Assembly (NCBI RefSeq): GCF_964213995.1
Contig: NC_135809.1
Coordinates: 102,114,001-102,178,000 of the forward strand
DNA: 64,000 bases
From: Mustelus asterias
Taxonomy: Eukaryota
Direction: 5' to 3'
Numbering within the stretch: the stretch's first letter is position 1; every line of letters starts with the position of its first letter. The notes beneath the pieces were generated by a model. That model searched no databases. It had not been told where the DNA came from and was given only the letters and a program-made list of their open reading frames with translations. Positions 14,150 through 28,444 of this stretch are shown one piece after another. Made by a program: the position numbers and the translations under genes.

Positions 14150-15455
14150 GAGTGGATGGCCCATCTCAACCTCTTCCCGAGGTCCCCAGTATCACAGATG
14201 TCATCTTCAGCCAATTCAATTCACTCCAAGTGATGGAACGTGTCATCAACAGTGCTATCAAACGACACTTACTCAGAAGTGACCTACTCAGTGAAGCTCA
14301 GTTTAGGTCCCAGCAGGACCACTCAGCTCCTGACCTCATTCCAGCCTTGATTCAAGGAAGTGAGATAAAACTGACCGCATTTGGCCAAATGTAGTATCAA
14401 GGAGCCATGGCAAAATGAAAGTTAATGCAAACCAGAGGAAAATCTCTCTACAGATTCGAGTCATACCTGGCACAAAGGTTGTGCTTTTGGAGATCAATCA
14501 TTTCACTCCCAGGACATTGCTGCAGGTGTTCCTCAGGGCAGTACCCAAGGCCCAACTATCTTCAACTGTGACATCATTGACCTTCCCTCTATCTTAAGAT
14601 CAGAAAGGAGGACCTTCATTGATGACTGTGCAATGTTCAGTACCATTCGCAACTCCTCAGATACTGAAGGAGTCAATGTCCATATGCAACAAGACGTGGA
14701 CGACATTCAGACTTGGGATAGTAAGTGGCAAGTAACAAGTGTCAGGCAACGAACATTTCCAATTAGGGGGAATCTAACCATCTCCTCCATGATATTCAAT
14801 GACATTGCCATCACAGAATCACCCACTATCAACATCCTGGGGGTGACTCGTCACCAGAAACTGAACCAGCCATATAAATACTGTGGCTTCAGAAGCAAGT
14901 CATAGGCTGGGAATTCTGCTGTGAGTAACTCACTTCCTGACTCCCCAAAGCCTGTCCACCATTTACAAGATGCAAGTCAGGAGAGTGAATACTCTCCACT
15001 TGCTTTGATGAGTGCAGCCCCACAACACTCTCGAAGCTCAACGCTATCGAGGACAAAGCAGCCCACTTTATTGGCACCCCATCCACCATCTTCAACATTC
15101 CCTTCCTCCACCACAGATGCCCACACTGCTGCCACTGTGCTATGTACAAAACGCACTGCAGCAACTTGTCAAACCTTCTTTGGCAGCAACTTCCAAATTT
15201 GTGACCTCTACAACTAGATGGACAAGGGCAGCAGATGCATGGGCACACCACCACCTGCAAGTTTCCCACCAAGCCACACACCACCTTGACTTGCATCTTC
15301 GGTCAAAATGCTGGAATTCTCTCCCAAACAACACGGTGGTGTATCTACACCACAGGAGTGCAGAGGTTCAACAAGGTGGATCACCACCACCTTCTCAAGG
15401 GCAATTAGGGATGGATAATGAATGCTGGCCGAGCCAACGACATCCACAGCCTGTG
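14150..15455 (+). mobile_element. CR1-group LINE (second family) 3' fragment
   Basis: Same family as 41765-43757; ends caccttctcaagggcaattaggg. Confidence 0.7.
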
Positions 15456-15628
15456 AAAGTAAACCAAAATCACATGGTTCAACACAAAACATATAGGAAA
15501 TTTATGTGGTAGCTAACTTTGAGTCAGGACACAATCATAAATCATTAGTTAACTTATCAACGCTTTAGCTGAATAATTTTACCATTGATTGTTAATTGCT
15601 ACTATGACTGAAAGTTTATGAGAATCTA

Positions 15629-16344
15629 TTGGGAGGAGGTATAGAAATACAGAGGGACCTAGGTGTGCAAGTCCACAAATCCTTGAAGGTGGCAACACAG
15701 GTGGAGAAGGTGGTGAAGAAGGCATATGGTATGCTTGCCTTTATAGGACGGGGTATAGAGTATAAAAGCTGGAGTCTGATGATGCAGCTGTATAGAACGC
15801 TGGTTAGGCCGCATTTGGAGTACTGCGTCCAGTTCTGGTCGCCGCACTACCAGAAGGACGTGGAGGCATTGGAGAGAGTGCAGAGAAGGTTTACCAGGAT
15901 GTTGCCTGGTATGGAGGGTCTTAGCTATGAGGAGAGATTGGGTAGACTGGGGTTGTTCTCCTTGGAAAGACGGAGAATGAGGGGAGATCTAATAGAGGTA
16001 TACAAGATTATGAAGGGTATAGATAGGGTGAACAGTGGGAAGCTTTTTCCCAGGTCGGAGGTGACGATCACGAGGGGTCACGGGCTCAAGCTGAGAGGGG
16101 CGAAGTATAACTCAGACATCAGAGGGACGTTTTTTACACAGAGGGTGGTGGGGGCCTGGAATGCGCTGCCAAGTAGGGTGGTGGAGGCAGGCACGCTGAC
16201 ATCGTTTAAGACTTACCTGGATAGTCACATGAGCAGCCTGGGAATGGAGGGATACAAACGATTGGTCTAGTTGGACCAAGGAGCGGCACAGGCTTGGAGG
16301 GCCGAAGGGCCTGTTTCCTGTGCTGTACTGTTCTTTGTTCTTTG
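15629..16344 (+). mobile_element. CR1-type LINE 3' end (young)
   Basis: Uninterrupted 213-aa ORF2 C-terminus (LYRTLVRPHLEYCVQFWSP); (ttctttg)n tail. Confidence 0.9.
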
Positions 16345-16758
16345 AGGTGGGGCTCATGTTGGAAGATTAAAAAAAAAAAATCAAGATTCCCCATTCCTGG
16401 TCTTAAAAATCTACATCCAATAATTCCTGCTATAAATAACCTTGTGGTTAGTTGGACTGGCTCCACTACAATCATTTGAGATTGGATAAAAACTTGCTAT
16501 CCATGCTCAAAACAAGCAATGCCAGCATGGATAAAATATCCATGATCATTTCACACTGCAAAGAATGAGTACAGAAGGGGGAAAGGGAGAAAGAACAACC
16601 AGAGATTCAGAGGATACCATGCTAGAATAATCAAAACCTAATCAAAGATTTAGTGAGTCGAAAACTGCTGATTTTTATTTTCATTTATTGTTAATAAAGT
16701 TTCTGTATCATTATAAATGAAACAATGCATGTTTTTAAATTAACAATCCCACCTGTCA

Positions 16759-16878
<120 letters not shown>

Positions 16879-17429
16879 CTATGAACAGCAAACAAAGTCT
16901 GTTTATGGTAACAATTCATCAGAATAAACTGATTTGTCTCAAACTGAAAAGAACATCTGGTTGGGGACAGTTCTCATCAACTTCATCAATTTACCATAAG
17001 TGGGATCTTCTGGTCCCACCGAAGTTGACCCCACACAGGGGCAGGCGAGGCATACAAAAGCCAGTAGATTTTGGTGGGACCAGAAGATCTCACCAGCAGC
17101 CAACGGCTCACCACATCCGCTGGCATTGATTCTTGATGGGTGCAGTTTCAAAAGTGTTGCAGCCCTTTGATATTTTACCCGAGTGACCATTCTTCATGAG
17201 TGCGAGGACGGTGACTGGCTACAGACTTTCCATCCTGGGATGGCATCAAACTTACTGTTCCAAATATATTTTCCATTAGGAATGACTGCTTTATCTGTAG
17301 TAACTTTAACCTTCTATTAATGTTCCTTGTTCTTAGCTCAAAGACACAAAAGCCAATGGGGCAGCCCTCATACCCCACCCCCAAACTATGAAAATTTGCT
17401 TCAGATGCTCTGGCAATCCCAATTTACAA

Positions 17430-18120
17430 CACCATGTACTTATACAGCATCTTTAACAAAAAGAGGTTCCAAGGCTCTTCATAGAACCTTGTAAAACAAA
17501 GAAAGACACCAAGCTATATTAGGAGATTTTCAGTTTGTTGACCAAAAGTTTGGTCAAAGCAGTAACTTTCAAGAAGTGTGTCATAAAGGAAGAAAACAAG
17601 GTAGAAAGATGTAGGGACATTCCAGAGCTTGGAGCCTAAGCATATTGTGCAGCAGTTCAAATTGGGGATGCACAAGAGACTAGAATTAGAGAAGCACAAA
17701 TATCTTGGAGGGTTGTGGAACTGGCGGAGATTAGAGATAGAGAGAGGCAAGATCATGGAGGGAGCAAGGAGGAGAATTTTAAAGTCAAGATGTTGCTTGA
17801 CCAGGAACTAATGTGGATCAGCAAGCCAAGGGGAGACAGGGAAACAGGACTTGCTGCAAGGTATGGACAGCAGAGTTCTGGATGACCTCAAGCTTACTGA
17901 GGGTAGAATGTGGGAGATTAGGCAAGTGAGCATTGACATGGTCAAGTCTAGAGGTAACAATGGCATGAATGAGGGTTTTAGCAACAGATGAGCTAAGTTA
18001 GGGGGCAAAGTCAGGTGATTGTATGAAGGTGAAAAGAGGCAATCTTAGCAATGGCACAAACATGATTGTTGGACTTTCACCTCAGGATCAAAAGTAACAC
18101 CAAGGTTGCAAACAGACTTG
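17430..18120 (-). mobile_element. Old L2-like LINE 3' fragment
   Basis: Reverse complement similar to 1380-1850. Confidence 0.6.
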
Positions 18121-19170
18121 AGTTTAGGGGTTAATTTATACCTAAAGTCTAGTTCTTTCTCTTTAATTTAACTAAAGATCACTCTCAGCGAAGTTTATTC
18201 CAACCTTGTTTTCAAGGTGCAGCTGGTTAATTATGTAGTTAGCTTAGCTGGTTTTCAGAACTTGAATCATGTGTTTTTCAGCAAGTTTAAAACAGGGGTT
18301 GCTCAGTGTTGCATGGCCAGGAAGGATGGGCAAAAAGGAAAAGGAGGGGGCATTTCACTGATAATAAGGGATCTGTATATTAGTAAGGGAGGATCTCAGA
18401 TTGCAAGAACAAACTGTGAAATCGATTTGGGTAGAGTAGAGAAATAGCATGGGGCTGCAAACACTGCTAAGAGTTGTTTATAGGCCATGAAACAGTGATG
18501 ATATTGTGGGGCATGGTATTAATCAGTAGACTAGAGAAGTATGTAGCATGGGTACATGCAACCACGAGTGACTTCACTCTGCAGATATTGGGGGTGGGGG
18601 AAGAAAAAGGAAGTAGAAAGGAAGACGTAGCAGTCCAACTTCTCATTCATGTTTAACATCCTTGTATTTTATAATTTCGCATCAGCTTAGAAATAGCGAA
18701 AAATATCCAATGATATCACTGTCAAGTTAAAAAAATATTTTGACTCGGCTGTATCGCCCCAACCAGTTAAAAATCTGACTAATAATCACTCTGGATACAT
18801 GAAGAACAGTCATTCAGGTGAAACATCCAATGGCAACCAATGTCCACAGAACACCACATTTACAAAGTGTCAACAGCTTCAAAATGGGTAATGAACCAGG
18901 CAATTCCATTGAGATGTAGTTTGGGTTTAGGTCAACTAATAAGTTGCAGGTTATGAACTTGCATAAACGTGATTGAAGAATCTTGGGCAGATCCCAATAA
19001 CAGCATTGTTAAACCAATTAAACTACAGAAAGGAAGAACTGCTAACTTGCAACAAATTCATCTCTTCGTAATGTCTTAGACTATAAGGCAAAGTAGCAGA
19101 AGTGGGCCATTCTGCCCATCAAGTTTTCGATATAACACTGCTCAATTTTCTTGGCAAAACATAAAAACTA

Positions 19171-19356
<186 letters not shown>

Positions 19357-19822
19357 CTAGCTTACACATGCACACAAAAATAGCTGGATCAAGGAATTGA
19401 AATACATGGCCTACACACACAAGTGACAGCACAGTTCCACAGTGTTACTATAATCACTCATTCTCTCTCGGATTCCTTGCTGGCAACAACCATGACTTAA
19501 TACATCTCACATAAATTAGTATTGAGTTATAACAGTTAAGTGGAGCAATAACCCTGTAAGACGTTTCAATCCCAGACTCAGCTTTACTCCAAAAACAGCT
19601 GTTCTGGAAATAGTTACAGCTAATGCTATGGAAGTAAATATTCCATCAAGCAATAATTGTAAATTTGTCATGGAAAAATGACAAATCTGTACACTAGCCA
19701 ATCTAGTCCTCTCCATTTTCTTAGCTGAGAGCAAAAGTATGGGTGTCAAGACAGTAAAGCTCAAAAAAGACAGAAACATATTATTAATGCCAGTGAGGAA
19801 ATGCATAGAAATGATACTATAC

Positions 19823-19907
19823 CTGCTGGATACTGACAGCATAACCTTTGAGGAAAACATCAGCAAATTCATTATATTCTTTGGAAACATTACCCGGACT
19901 GCCGTAT
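19823..19907 (-). CDS. IPO7: Importin-7 exon 8 ([28 protein letters not shown])
   Basis: 85 nt, ccag| and |gtatag. Confidence 0.95.
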
Positions 19908-20283
19908 CTGGTAGATAGAAACATATTTCAGTTGTCATTTATTGAAACATTTGAAGTTTTAGTTTTGCATTTGGAAGTTTCACAGTTATGGCTCCCCAAA
20001 TGGGTAATGAGTAAGGATAGCTTCAGAATTTTGGCTTTTGGTCACTATATAGTAACTCCTGCTGGGAATGTTTAAGCATGTACACTGGGCGAGGTCAGAA
20101 TTCGCTCAGCTCAAATGCTTCCATGCTTCAACAGCTAGCCAACACCCAATATCCAGTCTCCCACCAAAAATGGACAAATGACCAAGGTAGCGGATGACAT
20201 TCATGGAACAAAACATCACCTAGAAGTTACACGGGGGGTTTATCGACTTATTCTAAAAATTACAAACCAATGAAAAATCTTCA

Positions 20284-20397
<114 letters not shown>

Positions 20398-21705
20398 TCA
20401 AAAGTGAAAATTTGCTGAACACATACCAGCAGAAATGCGTATTAACAACATTATGGGTTCACACAACTTGCATTATAAATATGGACAAAGAAATTGATGA
20501 TAGAAATACTTTCCAAGAAATGAACAGACACAAAAAACATACACAGCTTTTAATCAGGATCCCAATCTCAAGCTAAGTACTGGCAATTGGTCTGATTTGC
20601 ATATATTGACCAAGTCATCACTATGATGCAGGTATGTTGAGATGTCCAGTCTCTTGCCTGAGTAAAGCTTTAAAAATTTAAAACCAATTACAAAGAACAA
20701 TCTGTAACATACAAAACAAGTAATTTTCCGTGAATGGCAGAAGCAAGCAAATGTAATTTAGGAATGGTCTGAAGTAAAATACAGCACTTAAAACTGTTGG
20801 AAGTACATCAGAGATACGAATGCACAGAAAAGGAAAAAGTTAAAGCATTCAAAGTTGCACATATTACGAGTATAAGACTAAGTTAAAATGTTGGTTTAGA
20901 AACAGTAACAAATAGTAGTCAATGCTATTTATCTGGAAAGCAAATATCTACCATATTTTATATTTCAAGTACAATTTTTTTAAAATCGCAACATTACCTC
21001 CCAGTACATCACAATTCAACTTCTACCTATTAAAAGAATCAATCACAGAATGCTTAAAACACAGAAGGCAGTTATACCCATGCTGGCCTCCTGCAAGAGC
21101 AACTCAGCTAATCCCATTACCTTGTCTTTTGCCCATAGTCCTCCAAATTGTTGCTCTTCAGGGGCTAATCCTTCCCTTTTGAAAGCAACAATTGAATCTG
21201 CCTCCAGCACACTCACAAGGAACAAGGTCGTGCATTTCAGATCCTAACCACTCGCTTACAAAAGTCCATCTTCATCCACCCAAAAGTTCATTAGTTGGTC
21301 TTCTTTTGCCAATCAGTTCAAATTGGTCCTTTTGTTCTCAATTCTTCCATCAATGGGAACAGTCTCTCTCTCTCTCTCTCCCCAACTACTGTCTAGATTG
21401 TTCATGATTTTGAACACCTCTATCAAATCTTCTCTCAACTCTCTCTTCTCCAAAAAGAGCACCAGCTTCTATAATTTATCCATTTCACAGAACTTATTCT
21501 AAAAACCTTCCAAGCTTCTTTGAAACTTAATTCCCCAATTCTTTGTGTCCTTAAAGTAAAGCAGAAACACGCCACACTTTTAATTATTGTACTTCATCTT
21601 TACTCATTTTCTACTTTATTTGGTTAAGAGGATGCAAACTTCCAGCTCTTATATTTAATTAATCAATATTCTCGAAAGAGAGGACACAAAAAAGAGAAAA
21701 CTTAC

Positions 21706-21795
21706 AGGAGGAACATCCCTATCAACTACAGTTTTGAGTATTTCCATCCATTCCGTGAGGTTTTGCTGGCTTATCAGCTCCAACGGTAGGGTGTA
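21706..21795 (-). CDS. IPO7: Importin-7 exon 6 ([30 protein letters not shown])
   Basis: 90 nt, tacag| and |gtaagt. Confidence 0.95.
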
Positions 21796-23761
21796 CTGTA
21801 GGAAGGAAACACAGTTCATTGAACAAGAAAATATGAAGTTCAGCCTACAATTTTAATTTCACTGAAAATAAAAATCTGCCTGCATAATTTAGCAAAAATT
21901 AAACAAGAATTCAGTAAATTATTTGATGCAATAATGAAGATTGACCAATTCTAATTACAGCAGTTAGCATCAAGCACAACTCTAACTGTAAACACTAATA
22001 AATGGGAAAGAAACGTGACCCTTGGTGTACTCCAATGTATGGAGCCATGTTAATAGCAGGTTCATATCCGAACAACACACATTCACACTACTCTTCATAT
22101 AGCAGATTCCCCAGTTTTAGCTATGACATCAAGTGGACTGGCATTTCAAAACAGATACAGAATAAAACAGCAAGAAGTCAGCCTGCAAAATAACTTCTCA
22201 ACAGCAGTGGAAGAAGCAGAATGATGCATTACATGTGGAAGAAAACTAATTGGCACAGTGTGCGATGTCCAAGTGGGTTGAGACCATATTGTTGCTGTTC
22301 AATAGAAATTACTGACAAACCTCATGCTTAGTTATGACAATCCATTTTACTACAAAAGTACACACAGTAGTGGTACACTCATCAACACATGCCAGAAACA
22401 GCCCTATTCTCTATATCAAACACATCTGGGATGCTGCTCTCCTTTCACATGACCTGCCCTGTTGAAGATGCTCGTTATTAGTTGAACTTTCCTCTGCTGG
22501 ACTAGAGCAATTATAATTGATCAAACTGACAATGATTACAGCTCGCACCAACATTGAATGCTCCCGGTTTTCCAATGGTGCCAAAATATAGCATTTTCAC
22601 AGTGTTATATGCCATTATCAGCAGACAACCAATAAGTAAGAACCAATGAAGTAACATTACATCAAATTTTAAAGCAGAGAGGTCTTTTAACCCAACAGAT
22701 CTGTGCTGATGTTCATGCATCACATGAGTCCCTCCAACCTTATTTCATCTCACCCCATCAACATATCCTTCCATTTCTTTCTCCATCATGTACTTACTTA
22801 GCTTCTCCTTAAATCTATACTAATACTTTCAAACAATTCAAACATAGCCATGTTTTTCATCTTACAATCTTATCAACAAATGAGCAACATGATTAAAGAA
22901 AATAAGCATAGGCCATGTGAATACGATCAATGAGATCACATGATGTCTGTGGAATTTTCTAATAAAAAACACAGTCACATCAGAATTCCCAATTAGCCAC
23001 CTGCAGTTAGTGGTTAATGTATCACAAACAAAGTCAAATTTAACCTTGTTTTGGAGTTAAATGGATCCTTCTCAACTTCAGATTCCATTGCATCTCCAAA
23101 CAACTTTCCCTCCTGTGATGAAGGGGATGCAATGGCATCAGCACCACCTAGAATGACAACCTTAATTGCTCACATCAACCTCCCAAAAAATAAATAAGGC
23201 AAAATTAACATTCACAAAGAACACACAAGATGCTCATCGAATACTCCATCATGCAATATACAGACAGCCTATACTGATACAAGGCTCAATTCAAAGCAGC
23301 CCGTTTTTTCCAGGAAATGGATTTGCAGATCTCCAGAATTACATGGACAGTCTGATACGATGGTTGGTTGACATATTGGTACTAGTGATATGAATAGAAG
23401 TCTTCCGCATTGCAGTACTTCTACAAGAATCATATACTTGACTTGCAGAACAAGGATGCAAGGATACAAGTGTCACGATTACAAGCAGTTATGTCCACCA
23501 GCAAAATCATTAGACTTGACACTTGGCTTCAGAATCTCTGCAAGATGAATTTGCATTTAATTGACAACTAACAGATATTCCAAAGACACAGAAAGTTGGC
23601 ACCCATGTAAATTCAAGGATGACTGAGCTTACTTTTAAGCATTTTGTAAGCTTCTCAAGCTTAGGAGTAACACAATCATGTTCAAAAACAGTCTTAATGG
23701 CTAGGGAACTAGTGCACACAGTATTGGAGTACAGACAACACTTCATTTTGCATTATAATAC

Positions 23762-23918
23762 CTGAACAAGTGCATAGAAAATTTTGAAGATCTGTTTTTG
23801 GATAAGGACAGAGTGGTCTGAAGGATCAGAGAGAAGTTGGACAAAACGATCTTTCATCATCGGCAAAAAATGCTGCATAGCTGCCACCAATGGGCTCCGT
23901 TCCTCGGGTTTCTTGTAC
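23762..23918 (-). CDS. IPO7: Importin-7 exon 5 ([19 protein letters not shown]...KIFYALVQ)
   Basis: 157 nt, acag| and |gtatta, phase consistent. Confidence 0.95.
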
Positions 23919-24448
23919 CTGTGTACATAAAATATGTGAACTACCAGTCAAAATAAAAATTTTCCTACATTTCAATTGCACATTCTTTCAGTGAGGCATA
24001 TGTTAGGCACATTCATTAGTTCCCCTGCTCAGATTGTTTTCCAAACCAGTGTGAAGTTGCAGTCCTGCCTACAATTGACTAAGTCACTTCAGGGCACAAT
24101 GCTCTACCGCATCAGTAATTTCAGTGACCTATATAGTCAAGGTACTGACAAGTTTTGAACACTTAATTTTCGAAGTATTTTTCTTTCGCATTCAACACTA
24201 AAATTCTCCCATATACATTCCTTCCCATGTAAATCTTTACATTGGCATGAATAATTACAACCTTGGATCAAAATGTTTTGGATCAAACATTGTGTTGGGG
24301 TGAGGGAGGGAGGTGTGGGTGGAGGCAGAAGAGTCATTAGTGCATCTCAAGTATGCAGATTTTTATACAAGTACTATTTGGCTCCATTGGCTAAAATGCC
24401 CAAAAGGTACTTTGGAAACTATTCAAAACCAAAAATATGAAGAGCTTA

Positions 24449-24670
<222 letters not shown>

Positions 24671-24999
24671 TTATTGTAGTTTAATAAATGAACATGCAAC
24701 AAAACATGAACTCAGATGTCTAAAACTTATAACAGTTAAGTTATATTCAAGTGTTAAACTCAGTACAACCATAATGCCAAGCCTAAATACAATAGTTTTG
24801 CTATACCTTTTGATTTAATCTGCATTTAGTTGGTGGGCAATGCAGCACTTGATGTGCATAAGTGCCCTTCCTTTATTCCTGTTAGAATTTTTTCCATTAC
24901 ATTACACTCTTTGCATATGGCCTATTTAATGTTAGGGTACCAGATCAGAAACCCCAAGGCAGGTCAAGAAGCCAGGCTAGACTCCAATAATGTTTGCAT

Positions 25000-25656
25000 T
25001 GTGAGGATAAGATATTTCACTCCAGGCATGATTCTACTGACAAACTCAGAAGCTTTTATCAAAACAAACTTTATTAACAACACAGTTTAACTATAACAAA
25101 ATGAATTAGCTTAACAGTTAATTGAACAACACCTAAACACGACAAGATACAATTCTTAACTGCTGACCAACAGCTACAAGTTCCAATTCAAGCAATATTC
25201 CTCTTAGACTTGAACCCCTCTTTTAAAATTACTTAACTTAAGCACAAGCAAGTATGCTTGTGTTTTGTTAACAGCTTTGGAGCTTTCAGAAAGCTTCTGG
25301 AGAGACACAGATATTTCTTTCAGCTTCAGGCAGCAACTGCTCTTTATTTTTGAAAATGAAACTGTTCTTTCCTGCAAGCTTAGCCCCTCTCTTTAACCAC
25401 ATGACTCTGCCCCCGTCAATCAAGCTAATCAAAACTCACTTAACTCTGCATACCTAGTCCAAAATCCCAGGAGAACATAAGTAAACAAAAGGTCCATTAA
25501 CTCTACCAAGTAACACATTCCTAACTAAAATCAGTTACCATCCTGCACATTTTCCCAGACAAATAAGACTCTTGTAATAAAACACTGCCTCTAAAAGCAG
25601 CCCGACATTAAACAAAGGAGATTAAAATAGCACAGTATCGTCATATTATCCTCATA
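25000..25656. mobile_element. Solo-LTR-like element
   Basis: Termini tgtgaggataa / ttatcctcata (inverted, 1 mismatch); AATAAA on the minus strand near 25070; no TSD found; partial inverted second copy at 25823-26147. Confidence 0.45.
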
Positions 25657-26147
25657 CACTTCTGCCCGGTACATGTTTGTTCACAGTTACCCAATTCAAG
25701 GAAGAACTACACATGTACAAGCTTCACGACTTAGCTGACTGTTCTATCATGAGCTATCGCAGCCAAACTCAATGCACACTTGAGAAATTTATGCTTTCAT
25801 CCAGTAGGGCTTACTGCTAGACATGCAGAGTTAAGTGAGCTTTGATTAGCTTGATTGACAGGGGCAGAGTCATACAGTTAGATGGAGAGTCCAAGCTTGC
25901 AAGAAAGTAGTTTCATTTTCAAAAAGAACAGTTGCTGCTTGGAGCTGAAAGAAATATTTGTGTGTCTCTCTCTCTCCAGAGGCTATCTGAAAGCTCAAAG
26001 GCTGTTAACCTAAGCACAAGCAAGTATGCTTGTGTTTTGCTAACTAAAAAGAGGGGTTTAAGTCTATAATGGGAACTCGTAGCGATAGGTTAGCAGTTAA
26101 GAATTGTATTTTGTCATGTTTAGGTGTTGTTCAATTGCTAACAGTTA
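25112..26147. repeat. Inverted repeat, arms about 330 bp (25112-25451 and 25823-26147)
   Basis: Arms align as diverged reverse complements along their whole length. Confidence 0.85.
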
Positions 26148-26278
26148 GGGGTTAATGCCCAGTAATCAGGAGTGCGTGAATCCCAAAGCGATTCAACCCT
26201 CTCCTTATCCAGGGTCACTAAGTGCAACTTTAAAAATAATTTATATAGCTTTCCACTAACTTTGCAAATATCAGCTAA

Positions 26279-26521
26279 CATAGAATCCCCACAGTGCAGG
26301 AGACCAACCAGCCAATCGAGCCTGCACCAACAACATTCCCATCCATAGGCCCCATCCCCGCAACTCCACGCATTTACCCTGCCAATCCCAACACTAAGGG
26401 GCAATTTAGATGGCCAATCAACCTAGCCCGCACATCTTAGGACTATGGGAAGAAACCAGAGCACCTGGACGAAACCTATACAGACACGGGGAGAATGTGA
26501 AAACTCCACATAGACAGTGAT
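26279..26521 (-). mobile_element. HE1-type V-SINE, 5'-truncated
   Basis: Reverse complement of the HE1 core and tail. Confidence 0.75.
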
Positions 26522-27512
26522 CAAACTGCCATGCTTATAAAGCTTAGTTATTTGTTGTGCAGATTTTTTTCTTCCCATTAACAAAGGATCAATTTAAACC
26601 ATCCAACAGGAGAAAATACCTTATCCCCTATACGGTTGTTTACAAGACCCACATCCAGTGAGTATCAGGACAACAAAAAAACTAAAATACAGCAACATCA
26701 AGTAGCTACAAATATTTGAGCAGTAAGCCAGAAAGGAGTGTTCTGAGGTTGAGAAAGAAAACTACCACACGCCAAGTCAAGTAATAGACTATTGGTATGA
26801 ACTTAATTGCCAGTAGTCAGTTAAACCAGTATGTGACTGAACCACACAGAACAGACCGCTTTTGATTATCTGCATGCACAGAGTTATTTGCTTGTGCAGT
26901 AGCATCTTGAATGCGGAAGACAGCAGTGACTTGGAGTAGAGAACACAACTCGGGTCTCCCGGCCACAATCACCACCTAGTGACCTCAAGAGTGGGCATGT
27001 AAACAATGCGAGATTCAGTCGGCCCCCATACCAAGTAAAATACCTCATCTTCACTTGCTACCAACACACAATATATGAGGTCACATTACATGCATAATGT
27101 ACCGAGGAAGTGGATAATACGCAGAGCTAGGATTCAGCATCACTGATCCTCTCCAATGGGAGAAAGCTAAAGTTCAGCTATGGGTAAAACAGCGATTAGG
27201 ATTAGCAGCAACAGCAAGTTCAAGGACAGAAAGTGAACACATGGAAGTTGACCACAGCTGCTTTTGTAAGCCATCTTGCAGCTGGCTACCAAGCATTGGC
27301 TAGGATTTGGAAATAGGGCATCCATGTGTTCTTGGCTTAGATAAAAAGGACCTTAACAGATCAAAGATTGTCACATTCTCAGAGAATGTTACTGCAAATT
27401 CACATTGACTGGCAGCATTTGCTGATCACAGACATGGTGTTAATTTGCAGTATGGTATTCACCACTCTGTGCAGTAGCGTTTATCAGCAAAAAAGCCTTT
27501 CCTATTACAAAC

Positions 27513-27666
27513 CTTATCAACTCGGGTGACTGAATAATAGCCTCTATTATGTTGTCACGGATGAACTGTTGATCTTCTTCTGGAATAGTAAATGGTGGCA
27601 CATCACTTGAAGCAGCTTCACGCTCAGCCCAGTACTGTGTAATTGTATTTTTCAAGTAAATTACAC
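27513..27666 (-). CDS. IPO7: Importin-7 exon 3 ([17 protein letters not shown]...IIQSPELIR)
   Basis: 154 nt, ttag| and |gtttgt; overlaps ORF 27440..27655. Confidence 0.95.
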
Positions 27667-27889
27667 CTAAGAGAGAATTAAATCATTAAAAACTGCATCA
27701 AATTAGTTACCAACATTTTTGATGATTTACAATTCTGGAATTTAAATATATAATTTGGGAAAGATTTACTGATGTTTGTGACTAAATATTTGGATCTGAA
27801 TAGTACAAGCTGGCCAGCTTCTATAAAGAAATGGCACTTGAAATTTATGTTGAAATCAGCATTCAAATTAAATGACTGAGATAGAAAGA

Positions 27890-28335
27890 TCTGCATTTAT
27901 ACAGTGCGTTGCACAATGTCAGGATGCTCCAAAACACTTTGCAGCAAATTACATACTTTTATAACAATTACTGTTGGAATGTAGGAAAAGTAACAACCAA
28001 ATTGCACACAGCAAGGTTCCATAATGGAGAAAAGAAGAGAAAGATATGTTGATAATCAGATGCGCTGAAAATAAAGGGAGGCTCATGTGAGCATAAACCT
28101 ATTGGGCCAAATGGTCTCAGTGCTGTAAAATCTCCAATGAAGGATAAATGTTAGTCAGGACCATTGCCAGGAGGTCTTTATGGCCACCTCAGAGAGCAAT
28201 TTAACATCTCATCCAAAGGACAGCTCTTTACAGTGGAGCACTCAAGTGTCAGCCTAGATTAAATGGTCAAATCTTTGAAGCACGGCTTGAATCCCCAACT
28301 TTAAGGCAAGAATACCATCACTGAGCCATGGTTAA
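27890..28335 (-). mobile_element. Old DeuSINE-like (SacSINE1-like) relic
   Basis: tttaacatctcatccaaaggacagc...agtgtcagcctagat resembles the recalled Deu domain; similar relics at 55290-55885(+), 56190-56665(-) and 62890-63215(+). Confidence 0.5.
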
Positions 28336-28444
28336 CACCAGAATTGATGGAGATGTGCACATACACATCGTGACACATACATATAAATTCCAGTGAAGTA
28401 GTTGCTCTTGACTTAAAGTTATTTGGTTAAAGCAAATATTTCTA

